NCBI RefSeq assembly: GCF_051307035.1
Contig: NZ_CP195536.1
Coordinates: forward strand, 540,001-572,000
Reading direction: 5' to 3'
DNA from: Psychrobacter sp. DM4
GTDB taxonomy: Bacteria; Pseudomonadota; Gammaproteobacteria; Pseudomonadales; Moraxellaceae
Length of the DNA: 32,000 bases
Both the position numbers and the translations under genes were made by a program. Shown piece by piece: positions 9,244 to 18,855 of the stretch; the stretch's first letter is position 1, and the number at the start of each line of letters is the position of its first letter. A model generated the notes under the pieces. That model was not told the DNA's origin, did no database searches, and saw only the letters and a list, made by a program, of their open reading frames with translations.

Positions 9244-9912
9244 ATGACTGTCGTTTACAATCCAAACAATGTCGATAGCGATAATTTCAATATAAAAGAC
9301 AACAGCACTGAACGCTGTGATCTTGTGTGCAATCATCTTAAAGCTCGTGAAGTGCAGTGGTGGCAGGCACGTAGACGTATAGTTACTCTCAAAGAGCGTC
9401 AAGTCTTTTGGTTCGGCGATAATAGTACAATGATGTGGTTACTGTGGCAACTGGTGGCTTATGTAGTGATCGCAATCTTGTTAATGCTCTCTGCAAGACT
9501 ACTAGGTATCTCCTGGTCTTATTGGGGCTATATGCTGGTATTTGGTCTACAGACGATTTTTTTCTTTGGTATGTTCGCCTTCAAGGGTCATCTGGCTAAT
9601 CGCATTCAAAATCGTATAGACAAGGCGGACATAACTTGTGAACAGGCTTTTAATGAGATGGTAGTTCTGGCCAAAGATAGCATTTTTGCTGATATTCATA
9701 CCCAGTCGCCTATCTCTTTGATGGCTATCTACGAGCGCTACGATGCTCAGTTGCATCTAGCTAGTTTACGTTGTTTGTTACAGGGCGAGGTTGAGTCTGG
9801 TAGGCTCATTATTAAACAAAAGCGAGTGGATGCCGATATCTTGCCTATAGACCTTGCTGATAAAGATCTTGCCAAACATGCTACTGAAATATTATACCGA
9901 AGTACGCTATAA
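9244..9912 (+). CDS. hypothetical membrane protein (2-3 central TM segments)
   Basis: Long open frame with hydrophobic stretches 'MMWLLWQLVAYVVIAILLMLSARLL' and 'WGYMLVFGLQTIFFFGMFAF'. I recognise no family. AAGGA overlaps the first ATG (9235), so the ATG at 9244 is the better-spaced start. Confidence 0.5.
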   Translation: MTVVYNPNNVDSDNFNIKDNSTERCDLVCNHLKAREVQWWQARRRIVTLKERQVFWFGDNSTMMWLLWQLVAYVVIAILLMLSARLLGISWSYWGYMLVFGLQTIFFFGMFAFKGHLANRIQNRIDKADITCEQAFNEMVVLAKDSIFADIHTQSPISLMAIYERYDAQLHLASLRCLLQGEVESGRLIIKQKRVDADILPIDLADKDLAKHATEILYRSTL

Positions 9913-9939
9913 ATCGATTAGTATGACGTTTTAAGTTTA

Positions 9940-9972
9940 AAAAAGCCTTGTAATCTACAAGGCTTTTTTTGT
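9940..9972. terminator. Bidirectional rho-independent terminator between convergent genes
   Basis: aaaaAGCCTTGtaatctaCAAGGCTttttttt. The 7-bp stem (9944-9950 with 9958-9964) is flanked by an A-run and a T-run. It sits between the + strand ORF ending at 9912 and glnD (-) ending at 9998. Confidence 0.8.
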
Positions 9973-9997
9973 CTAATAACTCAATGTTTCATCGCTT

Positions 9998-12757
9998 TTA
10001 TAAGCTTATATTATGAGTTGCTCTATGTTTAATATCGAGACTGTCTATCAAAGCATCCTTTAATGAGCCAAGTTTATCAGCAGACAGAGGGTTATCATCT
10101 TGATCACTGATGTAGAACATGTCCTCAGCGCGCTCACCTAAAGTGGTAATACGTGCTGCATGGATCTCTATTTCTTGCTCTAAAAACACTTGACCGACTC
10201 GCGACAATAATCCTGGCTGATCCAAGGTCTGTAAGCTCATGATATGCTGGTTTGATGCCTCATTAAACTCAAAGCCTATAGTCGTTGGTACCTCAAAGTG
10301 TCGAAGCTGACGCGGTATGCGTTTATGAGCAAGCTTAGGTACCGTCGGGTTTTTGAAGGCATCAATTAAGCGCTGTTTTAACTTTTGTTGATTGTCCTCA
10401 TCTGCAAGCAGCGTACCACTGCGATCTAAGAGCACATAAGAGTCCAAAGCAAAATCACGAGTTGCGGTAATAATACGCGCATCCAAAACATCTAAATTCA
10501 TCTGATCAAACACCGCCATCGTCACCGCAAACAGATTGGCTTGATCTTGCGTGTACACGAAAACTTGCACCGCATCGAGTGCCAGTTCGCGATGCTCGCG
10601 TAGCACCACTAAGGGCATGCTATCAGCATCAGAGGCTCGCCCGATTGGCGGGTGGTTCAAGATGGCCTCTGTATGCCAAAAGATATCCTCTGCAATCTCA
10701 CGCAAAAAATACTCATCGCCTAGATCATCCCATAGCCTTAGCACCTCATCACGATTCATATGCTGATTATCGGCATCATCTAACATCGTTAATGCTTGCT
10801 TATAAGTGGCCTCAATCATATCTTTGCGATTGTTGGGCGCATCGATATCAGCGCGCAAGATGCGACGCGTTTGCGAATATAGCTGCTTCATAAGAGTGGC
10901 GCGCCAGCTATTCCACAGCTCAGGATTGGTCGCATTCATGTCAGCGACGGTGAGCACATATAGATGGTTAAGGTGAGTGACATTACCGGTTAAATTTGCA
11001 AATATAGTGACCACTTCAGGATCTGAGATGTCCTTTTTCTGTGCGGTCATCGACATCAATAGATGATAGCGGGTCAACCAGCCGACAAGGTTGGCATCTG
11101 CTAGGCTCATACCATGTTTCAAGCAAAACTCAATGGATTCTATTTGGCCAAGCTCACTATGATCGCCGCCGCGACCTTTGGCAATGTCATGGAACATCGC
11201 CGCTAGTACCAATATCTCTTTGCGCTCAATACGCTGAAAAATAGCACTGACCAATGGGAAGTCTTGACTATAAGCTGGATCAGTAAAGCGGTGCAAAATA
11301 CGAATCAAAAACAGCGTATGCGCATCGACAGTATAGCGATGGAACAAGTCATATTGCATAAGACCTGTGACTTGGCCAAAGGCGGGAATGTAATTGCCTA
11401 GTACGCCATAGCGGTTCATAGTACGCAGACGACGGAACAGATAGTTTTGCTCTTTTAGGTTCGCCAAAAACAGTTGCTGGTGCTCAGGGTTATCACGGTA
11501 GTTTTGGTCGATACCGCGTGCGGCGATCTTTAGCGCGCGCAACGTGCGGGTGCGCACCGTCTTGATACCATGCTGTCCCATAAGCAAAAACATCTCAAGA
11601 ATCGCCTCAGGATGCTGAGCAAAAACGCGGTGATGCGATATGGCGATCTGATCGCCGATCTGATTGAAATGTGCATTAAGAGGCCGTTTACGCGGGCGCT
11701 CCTCATTGGGTAGTTCAGGCTCTATGATAGTCTCGTAATAGTGGTTGGTCAGCATCTCAGACAGCGTCGATATCTGCATAGCGCAGCGGTAATAATCACG
11801 CATAAAACGCTCAACTGCTGCATTAGGCTCGTCATCTGGTTGCGTCTCATAGCCCATGCGCTGGGCGATGTCACGCTGATAATCAAATAATAGCTTGTTC
11901 TCATTACGGCCAGTCAGCTCGTGCAAGTGATGACGTATCTGCCATAAGTAACTCTCGGAAAACTTTAACTCATCGAACTCCTTTTCGGTCAAAAAATTCT
12001 GCTGAACCAGATCGTAAAGCTTGCTGATGCGAAAATGGCTTTTAGTTACCCAGCCGATAATATGGATATCACGCAAGCCGCCTGGTGCAGCTTTAATATC
12101 GGGTTCTAGATTATATTCAGTCCCATTGTGGCGCAGATAACGCGATTTGGCCTCGCCTGTTTTAGCCTCAAAAAACTCACGCTGCGACCACTGTTCACTA
12201 ACCACGCGGCGAGGTATCGATTTGAGATCATCATTACCGATTAGTAGTCTAGCTTCTAATAAAGCGGTGGCAATAGTCTGATCACTCACCACTTCTAAGC
12301 AGTCAGCGATGCTACGTACAGAGAGTCCAGGCTCAAGTCCAACATCCCACAACATAGCGACCAATTGATCAATCTTGGTGCTGACCTCTGCGGTAATCTC
12401 TTTAGGCATTAATAATAAAATATCAATATCTGAGTACAAGGATAATTCGCCGCGACCATAACCTCCGGTTGCAAATAGCGCCAAGTCTGTCTCATCTAAT
12501 TTGAACCATAAAAACAATGAGATCAGTAGCTCGTCAATGGCACAAGCACGAGCCGCGACCAGTTGACGAATATTTACCCCGCGCTCAAGCGCTCGACTGA
12601 TATCTTCATTAATTTGTGTGAGCCACTCAGGAATGCCAAGCAGGGACTTTCTGCTTGTATCAGTGACTGTCAACAAAGGTGTTTTCATCGTAGCATCTGG
12701 TGGCAGCAAAGAGGGTAGTGGCGTGATATATACAGAGGCAACATCGCAAGTAAACAT
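9998..12757 (-). CDS. glnD: [protein-PII] uridylyltransferase / uridylyl-removing enzyme GlnD
   Basis: Nucleotidyltransferase motif 'ATGGYGRGELSLYSDIDILLL', HD domain 'MFHDIAKGRGGDHSELG', and two C-terminal ACT-like regions. Length is about 900 aa. The start may be the ATG at 12757 or at 12688 (MKTPLLTV). Confidence 0.93.
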   Translation of the reverse strand: MFTCDVASVYITPLPSLLPPDATMKTPLLTVTDTSRKSLLGIPEWLTQINEDISRALERGVNIRQLVAARACAIDELLISLFLWFKLDETDLALFATGGYGRGELSLYSDIDILLLMPKEITAEVSTKIDQLVAMLWDVGLEPGLSVRSIADCLEVVSDQTIATALLEARLLIGNDDLKSIPRRVVSEQWSQREFFEAKTGEAKSRYLRHNGTEYNLEPDIKAAPGGLRDIHIIGWVTKSHFRISKLYDLVQQNFLTEKEFDELKFSESYLWQIRHHLHELTGRNENKLLFDYQRDIAQRMGYETQPDDEPNAAVERFMRDYYRCAMQISTLSEMLTNHYYETIIEPELPNEERPRKRPLNAHFNQIGDQIAISHHRVFAQHPEAILEMFLLMGQHGIKTVRTRTLRALKIAARGIDQNYRDNPEHQQLFLANLKEQNYLFRRLRTMNRYGVLGNYIPAFGQVTGLMQYDLFHRYTVDAHTLFLIRILHRFTDPAYSQDFPLVSAIFQRIERKEILVLAAMFHDIAKGRGGDHSELGQIESIEFCLKHGMSLADANLVGWLTRYHLLMSMTAQKKDISDPEVVTIFANLTGNVTHLNHLYVLTVADMNATNPELWNSWRATLMKQLYSQTRRILRADIDAPNNRKDMIEATYKQALTMLDDADNQHMNRDEVLRLWDDLGDEYFLREIAEDIFWHTEAILNHPPIGRASDADSMPLVVLREHRELALDAVQVFVYTQDQANLFAVTMAVFDQMNLDVLDARIITATRDFALDSYVLLDRSGTLLADEDNQQKLKQRLIDAFKNPTVPKLAHKRIPRQLRHFEVPTTIGFEFNEASNQHIMSLQTLDQPGLLSRVGQVFLEQEIEIHAARITTLGERAEDMFYISDQDDNPLSADKLGSLKDALIDSLDIKHRATHNISL

Positions 12758-12835
12758 GAAGATTGTCCCATTAAAAGTTTATAGCTGAGGTAATGGTATT
12801 AAAAATAATAATATCAAAATAGGAGAATAATAAAT

Positions 12836-12861
12836 TCAAAAAAAAGACCGCCTAAGCGATC
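12836..12861 (-). terminator. Rho-independent terminator candidate downstream of map
   Basis: On the minus strand: GATCGC-ttag-GCGGTC (6-bp stem with one G-U pair) followed by T8. On the plus strand this is the A-run at 12838-12845. Confidence 0.55.
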
Positions 12862-12871
12862 CTTTATAGTA

Positions 12872-13663
12872 CTACTGAATCAAAAAACTCAAATCTTCTT
12901 CTGGACGCGTGGTAAAGACCTCACAGCCATTGTCTGTTACGACCATTGTATGCTCCCACTGCGCGGACAGCTTACGATCTTTGGTGATAGCAGTCCACTC
13001 ATCAGGCAGTATCTTGGTCTGCCATGTGCCCTGATTGATCATAGGCTCAATGGTAAAAGTCATACCGGTCTTTAATTCAAACCCTGTGCCTTTTTTGCCG
13101 TAGTGCATCACTTGCGGCTCATGATGAAACTCATTACTAATACCGTGACCACAGAACTCGCGCACGATACTAAAGCGCTCAGGCTCAACGACTTCTTGAA
13201 TAGCGGCGCCTACATCACCTAAACGCGCGCCATCTTTTACGACACTCATACCTGCGTACAAGGCTTCTTGTGCCACCTTACAGATACGCTCTGCCATGAT
13301 AGAGCCGTTACCGACGATCCACATTTTTGAGGTATCACCATAATAGCTATCTTTGATGACGGTCACATCGATATTGATGATATCGCCGTCTTTGAGTAGT
13401 TTACTCTCAGTAGGAATACCATGACAGACCACATGATTGACTGAAGTACAGATCGACTTTGGGAAGCCGTTGTAATTGAGCGGTGCGGGAATAGCTTGCT
13501 GCTCATTGACAATATAATCATGAGCGATTTGATTAAGCGCTTCGGTACTGATGCCTACGCGGACGTGTTTATCCAACATGACAAGTACATCGCTGGCAAG
13601 CTTACCAGCAACACGCATTTTTTCGATAGCCTCTGGAGACTGAATTAAAGTTTTTTTAATCAT
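12872..13663 (-). CDS. map: type I methionine aminopeptidase
   Basis: 263 aa with canonical MetAP-I blocks: 'VCHGIP', 'GDIINIDVTV..D.YYGDTS', 'FCGHGI', 'FTIEPM' and 'AQWEHT'. Confidence 0.95.
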   Translation of the reverse strand: MIKKTLIQSPEAIEKMRVAGKLASDVLVMLDKHVRVGISTEALNQIAHDYIVNEQQAIPAPLNYNGFPKSICTSVNHVVCHGIPTESKLLKDGDIINIDVTVIKDSYYGDTSKMWIVGNGSIMAERICKVAQEALYAGMSVVKDGARLGDVGAAIQEVVEPERFSIVREFCGHGISNEFHHEPQVMHYGKKGTGFELKTGMTFTIEPMINQGTWQTKILPDEWTAITKDRKLSAQWEHTMVVTDNGCEVFTTRPEEDLSFLIQ

Positions 13664-14008
13664 TATTATTAATCTTATCGTTGTGAAAATATAAGTTGAT
13701 TGACTACATCAAATTATAGCATATACGCATAATTTATATAATTAACGCTGTACTAATGACTTTGATATAGATTTCAAAAGAAGCTTACTAATCAGATGTT
13801 TACAGTTGACTAGAAAGTCATCCTTTTGTAATCACTAAACCAGATTATCTGTTGAATGTTACGGAGTTTACAAGTAATGTAAGTATCACTATCAAATGGA
13901 TTGATAGTTGTTTTTGATACCCTATGTGCTATTTACTTTGTAAATGGTTGTACTTTGAATAGGCCAGTACAAAAACTACCGTCCCGTCCCAACGACAAGG
14001 AAGTTGCT

Positions 14009-15091
14009 ATGAAGCTGAACGCTTATTTATCTGCTGCGATCTCATCAAGTAAATTTTTACCAACCTTAGGTGCTCTAGGTACCGGTCTACTTCTTATGAG
14101 TATGCCAACCATCTCCGCTCAAGCCGCTGGAAAACATTATAACTGCGCCAATGCGAATGGTTGTAGCGTAGTTGAAAGTAGATACTTTACCTCTAAGTAT
14201 ACCCAAACTCAATATCCTATAGTGATGGCCCATGGACTTGGCGGCTTCACGTCGTTGTTTGGTGTTATTGACTACTTCAATGGTATCCCTGGATCACTAG
14301 TAAGGGGTGGCTCAGAGGTATATACCACCAAAACGTCAGCTGTTAATAATAGTGAAATTCGTGGTGAGCAGCTACTACAGCAAGTCAAAACAATCTCAGC
14401 GATCTCAGGCAAGCCTAAAGTCAATCTATTTGGACACAGTCAAGGCGGTATCGATATCCGCTATGTCGCGGGTGTTGCTCCAAGATACGTCGCTTCAGTA
14501 ACAGCCGTGTCAAGCCCAGAGCAAGGCTCTAAAACGGCAGATTTTGTCAAAGCTACGCTTGAGCCAAGCAACAATGATGACTCTGGTGACAATCTAAATC
14601 TAGGCACAGAGCTGGTTGCGGGTCTGTTTAACTTGATTGGCGGCTTTACCGATATTGGTTCTGGTATTAGCTATAACGAAATACAAGAGCAAGATGGTTG
14701 GCAAACGTTGGTCGCTTTATCTACTAGCGGCGCTGCTACCTTCAATGCAAAATTCCCAGCAGCGATGCCCACGAGTTATTGCGGTCAGCCAGCCGATACT
14801 GAAGTCAACGGTATCAAATACTACTCATTTAGTGGTGTCGGACAACTGACAAGCATGCTTGATCCTACCGATTATCTGCTAGCAGCAACCAGCATTCCGT
14901 TTCTTCTCGAGGCCAATGATGGATTGGTCTCGAAATGCTCAAGTCGTTTGGGTAGAGTGATCCGTGATAACTATAGAATGAATCATTTAGATTCAGCAGA
15001 CCAAGTATTAGGAATGGCATCATGGGGTAGCTCTGAATCCAAGTCTGTCTATCGTGCGCAGGTCAACCGTCTCAAAAATAGTAGCCTTTAA
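14009..15091 (+). CDS. lipA: secreted triacylglycerol lipase, bacterial family I (Lif-dependent type)
   Basis: Signal peptide 'MKLNAYLSAAISSSKFLPTLGALGTGLLLMSMPTISAQA'. Oxyanion block 'PIVMAHGLGG', nucleophile elbow 'GHSQGG', 'NDGLVS' (Asp) and 'NHLDSADQ' (His). Two Cys residues ('YCGQ' and 'KCSS') are placed as in the family I.1/I.2 disulfide. AAGGA RBS at 13997-14001. The track ORF extends 5' from a TTG at 13901, which I reject. Confidence 0.88.
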   Translation: MKLNAYLSAAISSSKFLPTLGALGTGLLLMSMPTISAQAAGKHYNCANANGCSVVESRYFTSKYTQTQYPIVMAHGLGGFTSLFGVIDYFNGIPGSLVRGGSEVYTTKTSAVNNSEIRGEQLLQQVKTISAISGKPKVNLFGHSQGGIDIRYVAGVAPRYVASVTAVSSPEQGSKTADFVKATLEPSNNDDSGDNLNLGTELVAGLFNLIGGFTDIGSGISYNEIQEQDGWQTLVALSTSGAATFNAKFPAAMPTSYCGQPADTEVNGIKYYSFSGVGQLTSMLDPTDYLLAATSIPFLLEANDGLVSKCSSRLGRVIRDNYRMNHLDSADQVLGMASWGSSESKSVYRAQVNRLKNSSL

Positions 15092-15139
15092 TAGCGTCAC
15101 AAGCAGACTATCGCTTTGAGTCTACTGGTACGATATAGA

Positions 15140-15172
15140 ATCAGGGTCAACTCAGTTGACCCTGATTTTTTT
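15140..15172 (+). terminator. Rho-independent terminator/attenuator between lipase and foldase genes
   Basis: aTCAGGGTCAACtcagTTGACCCTGAttttttt, with an 11-12 bp perfect stem and a T7 tail. Confidence 0.8.
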
Positions 15173-15349
15173 ACATTAAATATCTACGCCTATTTATCTT
15201 ACTTTTTGAATTTGGGTTGTACGCTTGATACTACCTTACCGTCATGATAGTTACAGTAAATTCAGTGTCGCAAGTACGCAAGTCACTATTATATTTCCTA
15301 TAATTTAGTACTGTAATTGACCTAATTTATACAATAAGGCATCTTAATT

Positions 15350-16450
15350 ATGTCAAAAAAATATCGCGTTCCCTATTTTGCGCTCGTCATTATCGCTATT
15401 GTCATCGCTGTCACTATAGCTGTTATCTTGTGGTTTAAACCTGATAAAAGTGCTGCTACTGTCTTAGCAGACACCTCAACCACCGTCAGTAACGGCTCTA
15501 CTAACGCAATGACGGATATGTCTGATCCTTATAACGGGCTTGAGGTCTCATCCACGCAGACTAATACTGAATTTACCACAGGTTTAGAGCGTCTGCCATC
15601 CTCATTACAGGGCACACAAGTGGATGGCGAGATCATCATCGATGACAACAAGCAGTTGGTTGTGACCGAAGGGTTACGACGCTTGTTTGATTATTTCTTA
15701 TCAGCGATGGGTGAGGAGGATGAGGCGACTATCCTTGCGCGTGTGGAGAGCTATATCCGTCATCACACCCCAGAACCTGCTGCCAGCCAAGCTGTTGCAA
15801 TATTCAATCAGTACGTCAGCTATCTAAAGCAGCTATCAAAAATAGAGGCGAGCTATGGTAACTTACAACTGCAAGCGACCAAGGCAGGAGCATTGGATCT
15901 CAATGTCGTCGGCCAGCGCAAGCAAGACGTCAGTAACCTCCGTAAGCAGATTTTTGATGATGAAACTATAAAGGCGTTTTTTAGTAGCGATGACAGCTAT
16001 GATGAGTACAGTGTTGCCATGCTAGAGATCGAACAAAATCAGCTGATGTCTGATATGCAAAAAAACGCGGCTCGTCAAGATTATGTTAGTCGAATGCCTG
16101 ATGGTGATATCAAATCGAATATCAAGCAACAAGCAAACATAGGCGAGCTGATTGAGCGTACTGAACAGATGAAAGCAAAAGGCGCCTCCGCCCAAGAGCT
16201 ATACAATATGCGTCGCGAGTTAGTCGGTGCACCAGCGGCAACGAGACTTGCTAAGATTGATGTCGAGGATGCTAATTTTGATCAGCGTTTTATGCAGTAT
16301 CAAGCGCAAAAGCAGCAATTGCTAACTCAAAACCCAGATAACGCACAAATTCAGATCAATCAGCTAGAGCAGCAATTGTTCGATGACGCTGAACGTAAGC
16401 GCTTGACAGGATATGCTGCTCTAAAACAGGAGAGTTTAGACTCAAATTAA
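15350..16450 (+). CDS. lif: lipase-specific foldase (Lif / lipase chaperone), membrane-anchored
   Basis: N-terminal TM anchor 'YFALVIIAIVIAVTIAVILWF'. It contains the Lif signature Rx1x2FDY(F/C)L(S/T)A as 'RRLFDYFLSA'. The remainder is helical and Q/E-rich. It lies immediately downstream of the lipase gene. Confidence 0.88.
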   Translation: MSKKYRVPYFALVIIAIVIAVTIAVILWFKPDKSAATVLADTSTTVSNGSTNAMTDMSDPYNGLEVSSTQTNTEFTTGLERLPSSLQGTQVDGEIIIDDNKQLVVTEGLRRLFDYFLSAMGEEDEATILARVESYIRHHTPEPAASQAVAIFNQYVSYLKQLSKIEASYGNLQLQATKAGALDLNVVGQRKQDVSNLRKQIFDDETIKAFFSSDDSYDEYSVAMLEIEQNQLMSDMQKNAARQDYVSRMPDGDIKSNIKQQANIGELIERTEQMKAKGASAQELYNMRRELVGAPAATRLAKIDVEDANFDQRFMQYQAQKQQLLTQNPDNAQIQINQLEQQLFDDAERKRLTGYAALKQESLDSN

Positions 16451-16621
16451 CATTAAATAACTTTTAGTAAGATAAAAGACAGTTGTGATTAATCTTCAGA
16501 TAAGTTACGGTTGTTAATGGAAATACGAGTTAACATCGTAATTTTGACAAAAAGCATCAATAACACTTTTTGTAGTAAAATACTAACCAACGGATTTAAT
16601 TAAAACACTTAGGGAGCTTCA

Positions 16622-16744
16622 ATGAAAAACATGACCAAAGCACTTATGACCGGTATCGTAATGATGACTATGTTAGTCGGTTGCCAGTCTATGATGGCAC
16701 AGCCAACCAGTCAGCCTGATATTACAGGTACAGACGTTATTTAG
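16622..16744 (+). CDS. small putative lipoprotein (40 aa), not in ORF track
   Basis: My translation: MKNMTKALMTGIVMMTMLVGCQSMMAQPTSQPDITGTDVI*. It has a lipobox 'LVGC' and GGGAG 6 nt upstream of the ATG. A weak hairpin plus T-run lies at about 16775-16798. Confidence 0.5.
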   Translation: MKNMTKALMTGIVMMTMLVGCQSMMAQPTSQPDITGTDVI

Positions 16745-17034
16745 TTCTTATTAGCAGCAGTATCAGTTCAATGACCTCACAACTTAGTGGGGTTTTTTAT
16801 TGCCTTTTTATTAGCTGATAGCAGGTCTGTGTTTAGCTGACAAGTACGGATAGCAAAACGCTTATAATAAGAAACAGAGTAGAGGCTAACTCCATACAGG
16901 ATAGACGATGACAGTGATACCTTAGTCAGGCACAATAGATACATTGTTTCGTTTTACAAGTAGAACAATGAACTGATAATCATATGAAAGCACCAATATC
17001 ATTAAATTAAAACTATAATTTTATAGGAGACACT

Positions 17035-17520
17035 ATGAATAGTTTAACTAAAATCCTTATGGCAAGTACCTTTGCGGCTGGCATGTTAGCAGGGTGTCAA
17101 ACCATGTCAAACGTCAGCGCGCCGATGGCTCAGCCTATCACATCAAATACTCTACAAGCTTATAATTGGCAGCTTGTTGATGCCAAACGTGCAAATGGTG
17201 AGCAAGTGTCCCAGCTGTTTTACAATTCAGCCAAACCCTTAACCTTGAGCTTCTTTAAAAATGATGGCACCGATCGCGTCACCTTTATGAATACTTGTAA
17301 TAATATGGGTGCTGAATACAAGGTCGTAAACAGTAATGTTGAGTATGGCAATATAATAAGTACTTTGATGGCTTGTCCTGAGCCTCAAGCGAGCTTTGAT
17401 ACCGCAGCGATGGCAATAGTACAAGGAAAATATAGCATTAATAAGAATGCCGATAATCTACCTATCTTGACGATTCGCAATAACGATCAAGTGGCTTATT
17501 TTAAAGCGGTCTCAAAATAA
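17035..17520 (+). CDS. META domain (HslJ-like) lipoprotein
   Basis: Lipobox 'MLAGCQ'. META-like blocks 'W.L........G' and 'NTCNNMGAEY', with total size around 160 aa. AGGAG RBS before the ATG. Confidence 0.7.
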   Translation: MNSLTKILMASTFAAGMLAGCQTMSNVSAPMAQPITSNTLQAYNWQLVDAKRANGEQVSQLFYNSAKPLTLSFFKNDGTDRVTFMNTCNNMGAEYKVVNSNVEYGNIISTLMACPEPQASFDTAAMAIVQGKYSINKNADNLPILTIRNNDQVAYFKAVSK

Positions 17521-17555
17521 ACGTTGGAAAGAACCCAAAAAGCATCTTTAACAAT

Positions 17556-17587
17556 AACGCCTCGCTAGTAAGTGAGGCGTTTTTTTG
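17556..17587 (+). terminator. Rho-independent terminator after the META-domain gene
   Basis: ACGCCTC (17557-17563) pairs with GAGGCGT (17574-17580), followed by tttttt. Confidence 0.8.
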
Positions 17588-17621
17588 CAACAATTGCGTT
17601 ACACTAGAATCATTCATAGTC

Positions 17622-18593
17622 ATGATGACCCTCTACTGGATGCAATATATGCCAAAGCCGCACCTTTATAACAGCTTCAAGATACTGGCACTCACCGCCG
17701 CCGCTATTCTCAGTGGCTGCCAGACTCTCTCTAGTACAGCTCCCAAGACAACGTTAGATACCGGTACTAATAGTCCGCTTACCGCTGCCATGCCCGTGAT
17801 GGATCGCACAGGACGTATCGCTTATGTTGAAGAGCAAGGCGTAGGCGCTGCCAAAATATCGACGCTCTATAGTATTCGACCTGATGGTAGCGATCGGCAG
17901 CTGATAGAGCAGTTAAACGGCTATATTTATGCGCCAGCATGGTCAGCGGATGGTCGATTGCTCGCCTATAGCAAGCAAGCCATGCGCGAGCCGCCCAAGA
18001 TTTATATTTATGATCTTACTCAGCAAACGCGCAACTTAATCGTCAATAGCAATGGCAGTAATCTATCTGCTTCATTCTCGCCTGATGGTCAAAAGATGCT
18101 TTATACCTCGACAGTAGGCGGTAACGCTGATATCTACGAGCTATCATTGAACGACGGCAGTACGCGTCAATTGACAACGCTACCGAGTACCGAGGTACAA
18201 CCTAGCTACGCCGCAGACGGTAAGAGCTTCGTTTATGTCAGCGACAAAGTCCGTGCTGGTCGCCCGCGTATCTATCGTTATGACTTTGCGACTAGTAGCG
18301 CCTCCTTGATAGCGACCAATGGCTATGCAGCAAGTCCGCAGCTAAGCGGTGATGGTCAGCGTATGGCTTATCTCAATGGACGCAAAGCGGCAATCATGAC
18401 CCTCGCGACAAGGCGGGTTGTCGATCTTGCCGAAACGGGTCTCGATGAGCCTGCACGTCTGTCTCCTTCTGGGCAGTATGCGGTCTATCCTACGCGTAGC
18501 AGTTTAGTGATTGCCTCATTGACAGGTGGCAATAGTTACACGATTAGTAGTCAAGCAGGTACGGTTATACGTTCGCCGATTTGGGGTCGCTAG
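17622..18593 (+). CDS. TolB-like beta-propeller (PD40 / WD40-like repeat) lipoprotein
   Basis: Lipobox 'LSGCQ'. Repeated PD40-type units: 'PAWSADGRLLAYS', 'ASFSPDGQKMLYTS', 'PSYAADGKSFVYVS', 'SPQLSGDGQRMAYL' and 'RLSPSGQYAVY'. The true start is probably an internal Met (MQYMPK or MPKPH). Confidence 0.75.
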   Translation: MMTLYWMQYMPKPHLYNSFKILALTAAAILSGCQTLSSTAPKTTLDTGTNSPLTAAMPVMDRTGRIAYVEEQGVGAAKISTLYSIRPDGSDRQLIEQLNGYIYAPAWSADGRLLAYSKQAMREPPKIYIYDLTQQTRNLIVNSNGSNLSASFSPDGQKMLYTSTVGGNADIYELSLNDGSTRQLTTLPSTEVQPSYAADGKSFVYVSDKVRAGRPRIYRYDFATSSASLIATNGYAASPQLSGDGQRMAYLNGRKAAIMTLATRRVVDLAETGLDEPARLSPSGQYAVYPTRSSLVIASLTGGNSYTISSQAGTVIRSPIWGR

Positions 18594-18855
18594 TAGGATA
18601 CAAGCAGTGAATAGAGCGTTTATCTATCAGCGGTAAGTTTTCTTCATTATGCTATTTATTCTCTATATAATGACTAACAAAGAAACATAAGTTGAGAACA
18701 AAGATGTGAGTTTGAAGCTAGATTCTGTAGACTGTACTCAAAATAAGCAGCGTCGTCAGTATGGGCTTATGTAGCAGAGTAAGAGTTAATTACCATCAAT
18801 CAAGCCGTGTGTAAGCTAAGACTGGCTGTATAAGTGCTAAACGTAGGAGTACAGC

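Noticed and set aside
10551-11244. Plus-strand ORFs (71, 104 and 67 aa) antisense to glnD.
   Set aside because: They are fully embedded in a confidently identified, continuous glnD frame. They have no RBS and no recognisable protein features.
13901-14008. 5' extension of the lipase ORF (track start at 13901, 'MIVVFDTLCAIYFVNG...').
   Set aside because: It starts at a TTG with no RBS. The signal peptide and an AAGGA RBS belong to the ATG at 14009, and the extension would bury the signal peptide.
16930-16975. Hairpin cattgtt-(15 nt)-aacaatg in the long spacer upstream of the META-domain gene, considered as a possible sRNA or riboswitch.
   Set aside because: The stem is only 7 bp and AT-rich with a large loop. 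It has no T-tail and no recognisable riboswitch core. It cannot be distinguished from chance in an AT-rich spacer.
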